The position numbers and the translations under genes were made by a program. 64,000 bases of DNA, from NCBI RefSeq assembly GCF_006345805.1, contig NC_043018.1:19282001-19346000 (forward strand), read 5' to 3'. This stretch comes from Octopus sinensis (lineage: Eukaryota). This document shows positions 63,790 through 64,000 of this stretch, one piece after another; the first letter of the stretch is position 1, and each line of letters opens with the position of its first letter. A model generated the notes under the pieces. That model was given only the letters and a program-made list of their open reading frames with translations, was not told the DNA's origin and did not search any database.

Positions 63790-64000
63790 AGTTAATTCTT
63801 TTGTTACCATATTTCTATAGAAATACACTGATTTTCTTTTAATTAATTTTGGAAATAATGAACAATTTAATAAAATAATTGTTATTATAAAGCTGAAGTT
63901 TAGAACACAGATTAACAAGAAATTCTGAAGTAAGATTTTAAATTAGATCACTTTAATCCCTTTGTTACCATATTTCTATAGAAATACATTGATTTTGTTT
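63790..64000 (+). repeat. Further units of the ~160-bp AT-rich family
   Basis: TTGTTACCATATTTCTATAGAAATACA repeats about 162 bp apart. Confidence 0.75.

Overview
This is an AT-rich, repeat-saturated eukaryotic window with one 100-N scaffold gap. The tRNA-headed SINE families, microsatellite load and LINE types look like an octopus (cephalopod) genome; that is an inference from style, not a search. I found no intact host protein-coding gene, and almost all listed ORFs are microsatellite artefacts. The real coding signal is decayed transposon protein: RTE-type, CR1-type and R4/Dong-type LINEs, Penelope-like elements (PLEs), a Gypsy relic without RT/RNaseH, mariner and a Chapaev3-like transposase. 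Non-autonomous elements include several SINE families (my labels A-E), a Helitron, a hAT MITE and piggyBac-type MITEs. The most interesting signals are (1) minimal type-I hammerhead ribozyme folds of the PLE type: an inverted pair at 2.3-2.5 kb, a variant-core fold (G3-C8 swap plus extra G) at 23.9 kb, and a relic at 14.1 kb; and (2) a SINE that occurs as head plus 1-4 tandem 184-bp bodies with the same junction at four independent loci, suggesting a multimeric or circular RNA source. All alignments and folds were done by eye, and element boundaries are approximate unless a TSD or TIR is quoted.
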